NCBI GenBank assembly: GCA_963778945.1
Contig: CAVZWL010000023.1
Coordinates: 24,490-88,489, forward strand
Origin: Ignavibacteriota bacterium
Lineage (GTDB): Bacteria > Bacteroidota > Ignavibacteria > UBA10030
Reading direction: 5' to 3'
Length of the DNA stretch: 64,000 bases
A program made the translations under genes and the position numbers. Below the pieces are notes generated by a model. It had not been told where the DNA came from. It worked only from the letters and a program-made list of their open reading frames with translations, and ran no database searches. Each line of letters begins with the position of its first letter. Within the stretch, counting starts at the first letter, position 1. Shown in pieces: positions 9,711-18,778 of this stretch.

Positions 9711-10186
9711 TTATTCGGGAATGACCTTTACGAGCATCAGATATTTCCGGTCCGGAAAAGCCTGCGTCCAGTAGTCACGTTTTCTCTTTATCTTTTCCGT
9801 CATGTCGTCAACCAGAACAGCCTTGCCGTTCACGACTACATAGCCGGTCGCATGGGCATGGTTGCCATAATAGAGCGCGACTTTTTAATTGTTTCTGATT
9901 TCCTTCACCTTCCGGCTTTGACTGTTGGCTGCCATCCAGACGGTCATATCATCTTCGGGCGGAAAAGATTCATCATCCTCATATACACACTTCCGGATGA
10001 GTCGATCGTACCCAGCGCACAATATTTTTGTGAATCCATAATCTCTTTTGCGGCTGAAGGAAGAGAATCCCGGTTCGAAGATGTTGAAGTTATTTCCTGA
10101 GCATGGCAGGCTGTCGACACCGGGATCAATAGGGCAACAGTGCAAAATAACAACGTAAAACAGTAATATCTCTTTCTTGTTTTCAT
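9711..10186 (-). pseudogene. Pyridoxamine 5'-phosphate oxidase-like (general stress protein 26-like) protein with signal peptide, disrupted
   Basis: Three pieces read through as one protein: MKTRKRYY...AKEIMDSQKYCALGTIDSSGSVY / FPPEDDMTVWMAANSQSRKVKEIRNN / KVALYYGNHAHATGYVVVNGKAVLVDDMTEKIKRKRDYWTQAFPDRKYLMLVKVIPE. One frameshift lies near the A4/T4 run at 9963..9966. One in-frame TAA lies at 9885..9887. Confidence 0.7.
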
Positions 10187-10273
10187 AATGTCTTCCTGTG
10201 TAACGATAATTCGAATAAATATTTTTTGATTTTGACATCTTCTCTGCGGCGGGATCATTCTTTTCCTTTTGCG

Positions 10274-11149
10274 TCAGAGTGAAGCTCCGTTATGTCCGGC
10301 TAACGAGTGTTCTTCCTGTTTCGATTTTATGACTTCGATGCTTTTATAGAGTACTAAGATTTCAAAAAGCTCAGCCGGCACCTGAACGATGAAACCCATA
10401 AACGAGAGAACGACTGTAAGGAAGAAACATCCTGCTGCTATTTCAAAAACGCCGGCATATCCGGACACTGCTCCGATAGGTTTCCGCAGCCTTCTCAATG
10501 CAATCCCGTAAAGTATCCCAATACATCCAAAGACCACCGCTTCAGATCCTAAAATATACTGCCGTTCAATTGAATGATAGAAGATTGACGCGATATCGTA
10601 GCCGATGATTAATACATTGCCGAATATGAGTATAAAAGAAGTAATTCTGAGTAAGTAATTTTTAAACAAACCTCCGAGAAGTATGAATCCGCGCTGAAAG
10701 AGAATAAATGCAATCAAAGAGGATATTTTTATTATCAAATATACCGGAGTACTGAAAATCAAAGTGTTGTCTTTATATCTAAAATACTCCGCGGCTCCAG
10801 CGAAAAATCCGATGAGGAAATAGACGATTCCTAAAATCCAGGATATATTGATTTGTTGAGCAATAAAGTCCGCATCTGCAGCCGGGTCAGCATCGAAGAG
10901 GAAAAAGTTTTTCAACAATCCTATGATCGACTGAATGACAGAATCGTCGTTCTCCGCTATAGCGCTTAAATCATAATCGAGCGCAGCGAGGATCGTCTTA
11001 ATCGTATAACTTCTCGGCGTGACTTCTCCGGTTTCAATCCTTTGAAGCGTTCTGACGCTGATATTGCATTTTTCCACAAGCTCTTCTTGCGTTAATCCTT
11101 TTGTTTTTCTTAGATCGGATATTTTTCTTCCTAATTCCGGTTGTCTCAT
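10274..11149 (-). CDS. Membrane-tethered XRE-family helix-turn-helix regulator
   Basis: The N-terminus MRQPELGRKISDLRKTKGLTQEELVEKCNISVRTLQRIETGE is a classical HTH_XRE. It is followed by about 6 hydrophobic helices. The start is taken at 11149. Confidence 0.8.
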   Translation of the reverse strand: MRQPELGRKISDLRKTKGLTQEELVEKCNISVRTLQRIETGEVTPRSYTIKTILAALDYDLSAIAENDDSVIQSIIGLLKNFFLFDADPAADADFIAQQINISWILGIVYFLIGFFAGAAEYFRYKDNTLIFSTPVYLIIKISSLIAFILFQRGFILLGGLFKNYLLRITSFILIFGNVLIIGYDIASIFYHSIERQYILGSEAVVFGCIGILYGIALRRLRKPIGAVSGYAGVFEIAAGCFFLTVVLSFMGFIVQVPAELFEILVLYKSIEVIKSKQEEHSLAGHNGASL

Positions 11150-11417
11150 GAGAATAACCTCCTTTATTGTTTTTGGCAATTTAATTATCCAAGGAGTGAT
11201 TGTCCAAGACATTTGGAAGTAATTTACACGTCATTAGCACGCCATTTCAATAATCATCGGTATTCTTTTAATTTTGTCGAAAAGCAATCGTTCGGAAGCG
11301 TAAGAGATCCATTTGCTGCCGTCTTTCTTAGGTCATTACCGTTTTAAGATAAGCCGTACAACAACACACATTTTGCGGTAAGGGTGGTACGTCTCCCAAA
11401 GAGTATCATCTATTCCT

Positions 11418-12492
11418 TCAACTTGTTTTCTTTTTATTTGAAGCATGCCGCATATCTCCTGACGGCGCTTCCGGACTGAGCAGCACGGCGATCCATCGCG
11501 TCTCTTCATTATTCTCCAACGCAAATTTCAGAGTCATGGTAAACGGCACACACAAAACCATACCGATCAGGCCCAGCAGATTTCCCCAAAAAACAAGCGA
11601 AAGGAACACAACCAACGTCGATAAGCCGACACTCTGTCCGACAAGTTTCGGTTCGACAAAAGTGCCGATGATGAAATTGATCACGATATAACCGGCAGCA
11701 GCAAGCAGGGCATATCCTGGTCCGAATTGGATAAACGTAAGCAGGTACTGCAGGAAAAGCGGCGATGATGATGCCGAGACTGGGTATATAGTTAAACAAA
11801 AATGCAAGGAAACCCCAGAGAACAGGAAAGTCCACACCGAGAAAAGACATCCATATTCCGATCATGATGCCTGTAAAAGCGCTCACTCCTGTTTTAATAA
11901 CCATATAGTGATTGATATCTTGTATAAATTTCCTGAGTTGTGAAAAATCCGCATTCGGATCGTTTAAAATCTTACGGATCTTGGCCGGAAAACTCGTAAT
12001 TTCGAGCAGAGTGAACGTGACAGTAAGAAGAATCAGAAAAACACTGGATAGTGTCGAGGTTAATCCTGAAAGCAGCCCGGCAGTCAGACTCATGACTGCA
12101 CCAGGATTGACATAATCGAGCAGCGCGCCGTCCTTCATTGCGAAACCGTTGCTCGCCATGAAAACCTTCAGCGTTTGAATTTCCTCCGCTATTCGATTCT
12201 GATAAAGGGGCAGGCTGCTGGAAAAGCCGGCGAGCGATGTGCCTACAACGCCGCCGATTATCAATAACATTGCGATCATGCCTGCGAGAACGATGAGCAC
12301 GGCAAGTCCAACGGGTACGCGTTTTTTCTTAAGCCAGAGTACCGGCGGCGCTCCAATAACAGCAAGGAAAAGTGCAACGAGCATCAACACGAGAAACGAC
12401 TGTGCTTGATAGATGCCCCAGATAATTACAACAAATGCTGCTGTTGTAAAAAGGAAGCCCGTTCCATACTTAATATTTTTTTTCTCTGTCAT
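11418..12492 (-). pseudogene. AI-2E family transporter (PerM-like), one frameshift
   Basis: The N-terminal 245 aa are in one frame (...NYIPSLGIIIAAF). The C-terminal part is in another frame (LQYLLTFIQFGPGYALLAAAGYIVINFIIGTFVEPKLVGQSVGLS...). The switch is at about 11745..11765, next to the A4/T4 run at 11755..11758. Confidence 0.8.
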
Positions 12493-12614
12493 AATTTTTC
12501 CTTTGGCAGCATGGTATTTTTGTGCTGCTGTTTATTAGCTTTGGATTTTTATTCATAGCAAACTGAGTGTTCACAATGTAACAATAAGCATGATTATAGA
12601 GTATTATTTCAGCT

Positions 12615-13184
12615 TCATCCTTTTTTCCATCGCTGCTCATTACGAACCTTATAGAGCCTTTCGGTAAAACCCCCTTCCTGAACAAATTGTTCTTCGAGCA
12701 CATGCAACAGCTGGTCCAACAGGTAGTTTGTTTGGTGAATGACACAGACAATGGTGTTCGCAGCAATCTCTGCCGGACAATGCTCCACATAGGTCATATA
12801 AGTCTTATAGGACCTATTGCTTTCATATGCCAGGGCTCTGATTTCTTTTGCTTTAGAATGCTCTTTCCCCCAAAGCTGCAAATTATGCTGCCGCAAATAG
12901 TCATGATAATCCAAGAGCAATTCTTCCAAGCTTGCCCTTGCAACGCCTACAAGCTTTAGTTCTGTTTTTTTAGAAGTGCCGGAGGCCATGCTTCCTTCGG
13001 CAATATTTTGTTTGCCACTCCGGGCTGCCTGCACCATTTGATCTACAGTTCTGGATCGCTTATCGATAAACCGTTCACAAAATTTTACCGTAGCATCGTG
13101 CAGAATCTCCGCCATTTGATATGATTTGAGATTTTGATATCCTCCATGCGGCGGAATTAATTTTTTGTCTTCCGATAACTCCAT
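12615..13184 (-). CDS. Four-helix-bundle protein (23S rRNA intervening-sequence protein family) with four-helix-bundle suffix domain
   Basis: SYQMAEILHDATVKFCERF...QMVQAARSGKQNIAEGS...LKLVGVARASLEELLLDY matches the four-helix-bundle family pattern. The C-terminal QEGGFTERLYKVR tail is the suffix domain. Confidence 0.7.
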   Translation of the reverse strand: MELSEDKKLIPPHGGYQNLKSYQMAEILHDATVKFCERFIDKRSRTVDQMVQAARSGKQNIAEGSMASGTSKKTELKLVGVARASLEELLLDYHDYLRQHNLQLWGKEHSKAKEIRALAYESNRSYKTYMTYVEHCPAEIAANTIVCVIHQTNYLLDQLLHVLEEQFVQEGGFTERLYKVRNEQRWKKG

Positions 13185-13230
13185 CTTCCCCCTCTTGGAA
13201 TTAATGATTAAAGCAGAAATTTTAATTATT

Positions 13231-13809
13231 CTATTTTTTTGGACGGGATTCGGGAGGTATCATTCCGTTCACGCGATAATACACAACTAACTGCCCATAA
13301 TGTTCGCCGGCATGTTCAAGTGTACCCAGCCAGCCGAACCAGGCATGAATCAGGACGTTGGCCCACGGATATTTAATCTCGCGCGTCAATCCGCTGTCCC
13401 CCTGCGCTTTGATCAATTCAGCGCCGTCGGCGACCGCCTGCTTCATAAGTTTTACAATATCGGATTTTGTCGTATACTTTTTCTTCAAGGAATCTTCGTT
13501 CCCGCCGGACTCCATCGTTTTCCCTCCGATAGCGCTCATCATGACATACTCGTCTCCGGCAACGTGAATAAGATTTTCGCCGAACGTCCGTTGATCCTTC
13601 TGTGCTTTGAAGCCGTATTTATCTTCAGGAAAATCTTCCGCCATAGCGAGCAATTTTCTTCCGATGTCGTTCCACGCCCATAACATTTCATGAGATGCAC
13701 TATTAACCGGTTTGGGCTGTTCGGCCGGTTTTTTTTCTTGAGCCGAAGCAAATGTAACGAACATCGCCGCGAGTCCGGTAAAAATGAGAGTGGAGATAAA
13801 TTTAGACAT
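13231..13809 (-). CDS. Secreted DinB-superfamily protein
   Basis: A signal peptide (MSKFISTLIFTGLAAMFVTFASA) is present. The His triad context HVAGDEY / HAWFGW / EHAGEHYGQLVVYYR is typical of DinB-like four-helix metalloproteins. Confidence 0.65.
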   Translation of the reverse strand: MSKFISTLIFTGLAAMFVTFASAQEKKPAEQPKPVNSASHEMLWAWNDIGRKLLAMAEDFPEDKYGFKAQKDQRTFGENLIHVAGDEYVMMSAIGGKTMESGGNEDSLKKKYTTKSDIVKLMKQAVADGAELIKAQGDSGLTREIKYPWANVLIHAWFGWLGTLEHAGEHYGQLVVYYRVNGMIPPESRPKK

Positions 13810-13922
13810 AGGATACTCCTTTTATGAGAGAGATAATTTAATAATGACTGCCTTCGAGGGTTTCGGATTAATACAGATTACTGGATTTTAATGATTTTTT
13901 TAATGAAAAGCTGAAAAGCCCT

Positions 13923-14042
13923 TTAATCTTTTTCCCCCCTTTGTACGCTGCGCACTTTATACATCCTTTCAGTAAAACCGCCTTCCTGGAAAAAGCGCTT
14001 TTCGAGTGCATATAGCTGCTGATCCAGGAGCAGTTCTTCCAC
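13923..14042 (-). pseudogene. C-terminal fragment of a second four-helix-bundle suffix-domain gene
   Basis: The minus-strand translation VEELLLDQQLYALEKRFFQEGGFTERMYKVRSVQRGEKD* aligns with the C-terminus of 12615..13184 (LLDQLLHVLEEQFVQEGGFTERLYKVRNEQRWKKG*). There is no upstream homology and no start codon. Confidence 0.6.
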
Positions 14043-14205
14043 ATTGATGCCAGTCCTAAAAAATGAAATTGTATTCCACAAGGCGGACTATAAAATCGGG
14101 AGGGACAAATTATTTTTAAGATCACTTCTCATAAAAAAAAATGGAGGATCAAAAACAATAATCCTCCACTCGCGGCGGGGTACGTACGTTTACTCAAAAC
14201 ATTTG

Positions 14206-15315
14206 CTACTTGTCGAAGAGCCAATTTAAATCGAAGAAATTCCTTGAATCTTCTTTTATCCTGTCTTTCCAGGGCTGGTTTCTTCTCCATTCCTTATATT
14301 GTTCACGCGTGATAATTCCAAGAGGACCTTCATAGATTCCGCCTCCCCCTCCTCCATCGTAGACACGGACGGCGATGACATTATCCTGACCCGCTTTCAG
14401 CAGTCCGGAAGGTACGGTGTATACGCGGAGTTCGCTGTATTCGTTATTATGCTCGCTCCATTTCGGATTGGACTTGATTCTTCCGACATGACCTATTTCC
14501 TGCCCATTGACGTATGTTTCATCCAGATCGTCGATTTTCCCCAGGAGAAAAATCAGCGTTTTGCCTTCAAGCTCCGGAGATATTTTAAAGTGCAGCCGAT
14601 ACCATGCTACACCGTCATAGTCGGGATATCCCTGGGATTCCCAGTACCCGGGAACAAAAATCTGACTCCAGGAGCGGTCATCAAACGAGGGATCCATCCA
14701 TTTTTCCGAATCTCCCGTCTTAAACCGCCATTGGCCTGAGAATGAAATTTCCGGCGCAAGAAAATCCTTGCTCTCATAAAGACCTATCTTGCCCTGCGTA
14801 ATCCCGCCCGCCAGCTGATCGTCATAAACCCGAACAGCAATAACATTGTCTCCAGAAACATTAAGGAGATTTTGCGGAATAGGGATAACAATCGGCGTAT
14901 TATATGCAGTTGTAAAATCAGGAGGAAAACTGCCGGTAATTGCTATCAGCACGCCGTTCAGATATGCTTCGGAAACATCATCGATGCAGCCAAGACGCAG
15001 ATAAAGCGATTTTTTTTCCGCCCCCTGGGGCAGACGGAAATGTTTACGGTACCAGGCATATCCATCATACCCGGGATACCCTTCATCCTCCCACGGAGAC
15101 GGAACAAAGATTTCATCCCACTTCGAATCGTCAAAAGAGATGCTTGCGCGTTTCTTATCATCGCCAAGGTTGAATTTCCATTTTCCCCTGAGGTCGAGAA
15201 CGGCTCTCCAGTCTTCTGCCGCTGCGAAGGAAAATAAGACCAGCGGCAGAAGAAGGGAGCTCAGGAGAAAGTAAACTCTGACAGGTTTAAATACCATCGC
15301 TTGATTTATTTTCAT
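14206..15315 (-). CDS. Secreted protein made of two tandem GH2-N-type (galactose-binding-like) sugar-binding domains
   Basis: There is an internal duplication: DDSKWDEIFVPSPWEDEGYPGYDGYAWYRKHFRLP...NVIAVRVYD and DDRSWSQIFVPGYWESQGYPDYDGVAWYRLHFKIS...NVIAVRVYD. A signal peptide is present and no catalytic TIM barrel follows. Confidence 0.7.
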   Translation of the reverse strand: MKINQAMVFKPVRVYFLLSSLLLPLVLFSFAAAEDWRAVLDLRGKWKFNLGDDKKRASISFDDSKWDEIFVPSPWEDEGYPGYDGYAWYRKHFRLPQGAEKKSLYLRLGCIDDVSEAYLNGVLIAITGSFPPDFTTAYNTPIVIPIPQNLLNVSGDNVIAVRVYDDQLAGGITQGKIGLYESKDFLAPEISFSGQWRFKTGDSEKWMDPSFDDRSWSQIFVPGYWESQGYPDYDGVAWYRLHFKISPELEGKTLIFLLGKIDDLDETYVNGQEIGHVGRIKSNPKWSEHNNEYSELRVYTVPSGLLKAGQDNVIAVRVYDGGGGGGIYEGPLGIITREQYKEWRRNQPWKDRIKEDSRNFFDLNWLFDK

Positions 15316-15450
15316 AATGCCCTCGCTTGTCTATGACATCCGTTTTTAAAAAAACCGCGCATCTCTGTTTGATGCTTATTGACATGATACGCCCACGGAA
15401 CGTCAAAGATGTCACGACAATGTCAGGAGTTGTAAAAGAATGTCACGGAA

Positions 15451-16131
15451 TCAAGCGATCAGCTTGTAGCCCGTACCGTGAACGGTAAGTATGATTTTGG
15501 GATGTGAGAAATCGTCTTCGATTTTTTGCCGTATTTTTAATATAAAATTATCGACTGTCCGCGTGGTTATCGCTTCGCCATGTCCCCAGACGTTCGTTAA
15601 AAGGTCGTCCCGGCTGACCGTCGCATTTTTGTGCTGCCAGAGATATTTCAAAATCTCGAATTCTTTCGCTGTCATGGAAAAATTTTTTTCATTTTTCGAA
15701 CCGTTGTACGTTGCAAAATTGACCGCAATATCTCCGAGCAGCATCGTCGTATCGCCGCGGCCGGACGATACTGCGCGCCGCAAAAGAGCGTTCACCCTCG
15801 CAATAAGTTCGCGTAAGCCGAACGGCTTGGTAACATAATCATCCGCCCCCAGCTCCAGTCCGAGGACTTTGTCGATCTCCTCTCCTTTCGCCGTCAGCAT
15901 AAGGATGGGCGTGCGGACTCCCTTTTCTCTGGCTTTCCGTACGACATCGAATCCCGACATCTGCGGGAGCATAACATCCAGAATAACGAGATCGAAAGAT
16001 TCACGGAGTAAAATTTGACACCCGCTGCTGCCGTCTCCCGCAGCCGTTACCTCATGCCCTTCAAATTCGAGGTTGTCGCGCAAGCCGCGCTGCATTTCGG
16101 GTTCATCTTCAACAAGAAGTATCCGTGCCAT
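15451..16131 (-). CDS. OmpR-family response regulator (receiver + winged-helix)
   Basis: Receiver motifs ILLVEDE, DLVILDVMLP and LTAK are present. The C-terminal Trans_reg_C region is RTVDNFILKIRQKIE...TVHGTGYKL. Confidence 0.92.
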   Translation of the reverse strand: MARILLVEDEPEMQRGLRDNLEFEGHEVTAAGDGSSGCQILLRESFDLVILDVMLPQMSGFDVVRKAREKGVRTPILMLTAKGEEIDKVLGLELGADDYVTKPFGLRELIARVNALLRRAVSSGRGDTTMLLGDIAVNFATYNGSKNEKNFSMTAKEFEILKYLWQHKNATVSRDDLLTNVWGHGEAITTRTVDNFILKIRQKIEDDFSHPKIILTVHGTGYKLIA

Positions 16132-16136
16132 AGAGA

Positions 16137-17759
16137 TTATCCTTTTTGTGCAAAATCGCAGGTTGGGAACAGAAGCCGGAAGGTGCTGCCCTTCCCCGGC
16201 ATGCTTTCCAATTCTATCGTTCCGCCGTGCGCATCCATAATATGACTGACAAGAGAAAGACCGAGCCCGCTGCCTTTGACATTGTTCGTCAGTCCCGTTG
16301 AAACACGATAAAATGTTTCAAATATTTTTTTATGATAGTGTTTCTCAATTCCGATACCGTGGTCTTCAACCTCCGCAAAAACGAGCCCTCCTTTTTCGCC
16401 CGTTGCAACTCTAATATACTTCTCATCTGCGGAATATTTTACAGCATTGTCGAGGATATTGATGAGGGCCTCGGTTATACTCTCCCTGTCGGCGTTGATG
16501 GCGGGTAAATTTTCAGCAAGCTGCATCGCTGCTAAAAACCCTTCATGTTCCAGATGGGATGCATACGTCCTCATTACGCCTGCGACAAGATCGTTTAACT
16601 GCTCCGGCTCGAGACGATATCGTTTCTTTCCCGCTTCCATCCGGGAAAAATTTAGGATGTTATTAATAAGATGCGTTAACCGCTCCGCTTCCCGAAGAAT
16701 GGTTCCATAGTATTCCTGTTTCTTTGCTTCAGTCTTGATGCGCTTCAGGGAGAGCGTTTCCGTGAACATCCGGATCAGGGCAAGAGGCGTCCGCAGCTCG
16801 TGCGAAACATTCGATACGAAATCTCCTTTTAACCGGACAAGTTCCATTTCTTTTTTCAGCGTACGATAGACAAGCCATACGGCGCCGATGAGCAGGATAT
16901 CCAGAAATCCTATGAGGATAAGATTACGTTCGGTTCTTGTCCTGACGACATCCTCCACACTGGTTCCGGCCAGCCGGATGCCGATGCTGTAGTCGGGGAA
17001 GAGCCAGAGATCTTTTTTTTGCCGGAGTTCCATAATTTCAACAGGGGCGGTCGAGAGAACGATCTGCTGATTCCGGCGGTCGAACACAGCAAGTATAAAT
17101 TCCTCGCCGGCTGCCTCCGCAATTTTTGTCCGAAGAACTTCGGTGAGGAACGACTTTGCATCGATGATAAACCCTGCTATTTTCCGAGCCGGAAATCGAG
17201 AAGGCGTCACGAACAGAAGCATCAATTCCTGGCCTGAAGCACTATCCCCGATGATGACAGGTTCTATCTTCCGGTAGCCGGTTGATGCAAATCGTAATAA
17301 TTTTTCTATGGTTGCCGATTGTTCCTGCAGCGAAGGGAAGAAAATACCGGAATCTCCTCCCTCTTTTCCTTTTCTCTGCCGCATAAGAAAGGAGAGGGAG
17401 TTCCCCGTAGAATCGGCATAGAAGACGCCCTGAACGGCATCCCTCCTGTTCAGGAATATTTTGGTGGCGGTATCTACGCGAGACGATGGAGAGGTGATCA
17501 AAATCGTATTGATATCGCCGGACCAGCTTTGCGCCACATCCAGCGCATACTGGTTGATTGAAAAAAGAATGACATCGAGCTGCTTGCTGTATATCGATTG
17601 AATCAATTTTTCGGTGGAACTGAGCGAGCTTAATTCAAAAACCGAATAAATGAGCGCCGGCAGAAGGGCGACAACTATAAAGACAATTCCGATTTTACGT
17701 CCGTTGCCTTTTTCGTATGATTTGATATGCTCTTTTTCCATTTTATGAAAATTACGCAT
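16137..17759 (-). CDS. Sensor histidine kinase (HisKA + HATPase_c)
   Basis: Present are the H-box SHELRTPLALI, N-box ILDNAVKYS, G-boxes EDHGIGI and GSGLGLS, two TM segments and a periplasmic loop. The gene lies 5 nt upstream of the response regulator. Confidence 0.92.
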   Translation of the reverse strand: MRNFHKMEKEHIKSYEKGNGRKIGIVFIVVALLPALIYSVFELSSLSSTEKLIQSIYSKQLDVILFSINQYALDVAQSWSGDINTILITSPSSRVDTATKIFLNRRDAVQGVFYADSTGNSLSFLMRQRKGKEGGDSGIFFPSLQEQSATIEKLLRFASTGYRKIEPVIIGDSASGQELMLLFVTPSRFPARKIAGFIIDAKSFLTEVLRTKIAEAAGEEFILAVFDRRNQQIVLSTAPVEIMELRQKKDLWLFPDYSIGIRLAGTSVEDVVRTRTERNLILIGFLDILLIGAVWLVYRTLKKEMELVRLKGDFVSNVSHELRTPLALIRMFTETLSLKRIKTEAKKQEYYGTILREAERLTHLINNILNFSRMEAGKKRYRLEPEQLNDLVAGVMRTYASHLEHEGFLAAMQLAENLPAINADRESITEALINILDNAVKYSADEKYIRVATGEKGGLVFAEVEDHGIGIEKHYHKKIFETFYRVSTGLTNNVKGSGLGLSLVSHIMDAHGGTIELESMPGKGSTFRLLFPTCDFAQKG

Positions 17760-18002
17760 ATTCCTTTAGGTTTCAAAGAGTACCGACCGGATATGGCAGG
17801 TACTTTCCACTTGACATGAAAGAGGAACGTCGTTCATTCATTACAGACAAAATGTCAAGACACGATTTTCCCCGAATATTTTTAAAAACGATTGTCGCAT
17901 TCCTGGAACATTTGTGTTGAGAATTTCGTCTCTTAACAATTAAACCTGCTGCATTATTCTCAGGTCTAATGAATGGCAACAAACAATATGTGTGGAGCGA
18001 TT

Positions 18003-18440
18003 ATGACGCACAAAATTATTTCATTCGCCATTTTTCTTATGGCTCTCGGTCTCGCCGGATGCACCTCCGGCGGTTATACACAGATTGCCAAAGATCATTC
18101 CATGCGGCGCGACACTCTCAGGAGAATGTCGCAGCAAGATGTCATTAATCTGTCGAAAGCCGGCGTAAGCGACAGCCTCATTATCGTCATGATGGACGCC
18201 ACAAACACCTGGTTCCAGTTGAAAACGCAGGATGTAATCGATCTTAAGAATGCCGGTGTGAGCGAAAAAGTTATTGCTGCTATGATGCAGCAGCCGAACC
18301 CTCCGGCAAACCAATCGGGCAGTTCCAGTACGGTGAGATATTACGTCTATCCGCCTTATTATTGGTATGACGGATATTATCCCTCTTGGTATTATCCAGG
18401 TATTTCTGTGAGAGCGGGCGTTCGCGGCTTTCATCATTGA
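18003..18440 (+). CDS. Small lipoprotein with two AGVS repeats and a Tyr/Pro-rich tail
   Basis: The lipobox is MTHKIISFAIFLMALGLAGC. The repeats are QDVINLSKAGVSDSLIIVMM and QDVIDLKNAGVSEKVIAAMM. The tail is YYVYPPYYWYDGYYPSWYYPG. Confidence 0.6.
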   Translation: MTHKIISFAIFLMALGLAGCTSGGYTQIAKDHSMRRDTLRRMSQQDVINLSKAGVSDSLIIVMMDATNTWFQLKTQDVIDLKNAGVSEKVIAAMMQQPNPPANQSGSSSTVRYYVYPPYYWYDGYYPSWYYPGISVRAGVRGFHH

Positions 18441-18484
18441 CAGTTCCATTTCAGATATCTTTGATCTGAATGGAACACAATAAA

Positions 18485-18518
18485 GGGGATGCGCATTTTT
18501 GTCAAGATGCGCATCCCC
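18485..18518. terminator. Strong hairpin between convergent genes (candidate bidirectional terminator)
   Basis: ggggatgcgcat-ttttgtcaag-atgcgcatcccc is a perfect 12-bp stem, with a T-rich stretch downstream (cgttttcctttttttg). A second imperfect 13-bp hairpin lies at 18443..18477. Confidence 0.6.
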
Positions 18519-18778
18519 GCCGATGTATCTCGTTTTCCTTTTTTTGAAAACGAAGACAGTTGATGCTTTTTCTTAAATCACCAGACTGTCATAAGAGGCT
18601 CTCAAGCAAGCACCCATCGAGCTGCACATTCTTGATGGATGCTTGAGAGCACGCATCCCTTCGGAAAGAAAGACGGTTCCCACTATAATTCTGACAAGGA
18701 TCATTGCGCTTTGAATATTATTGGATTCTCCACGAGTATGGAAAAAATAATTCCTTACCGACATATTATCCGGCTCCT

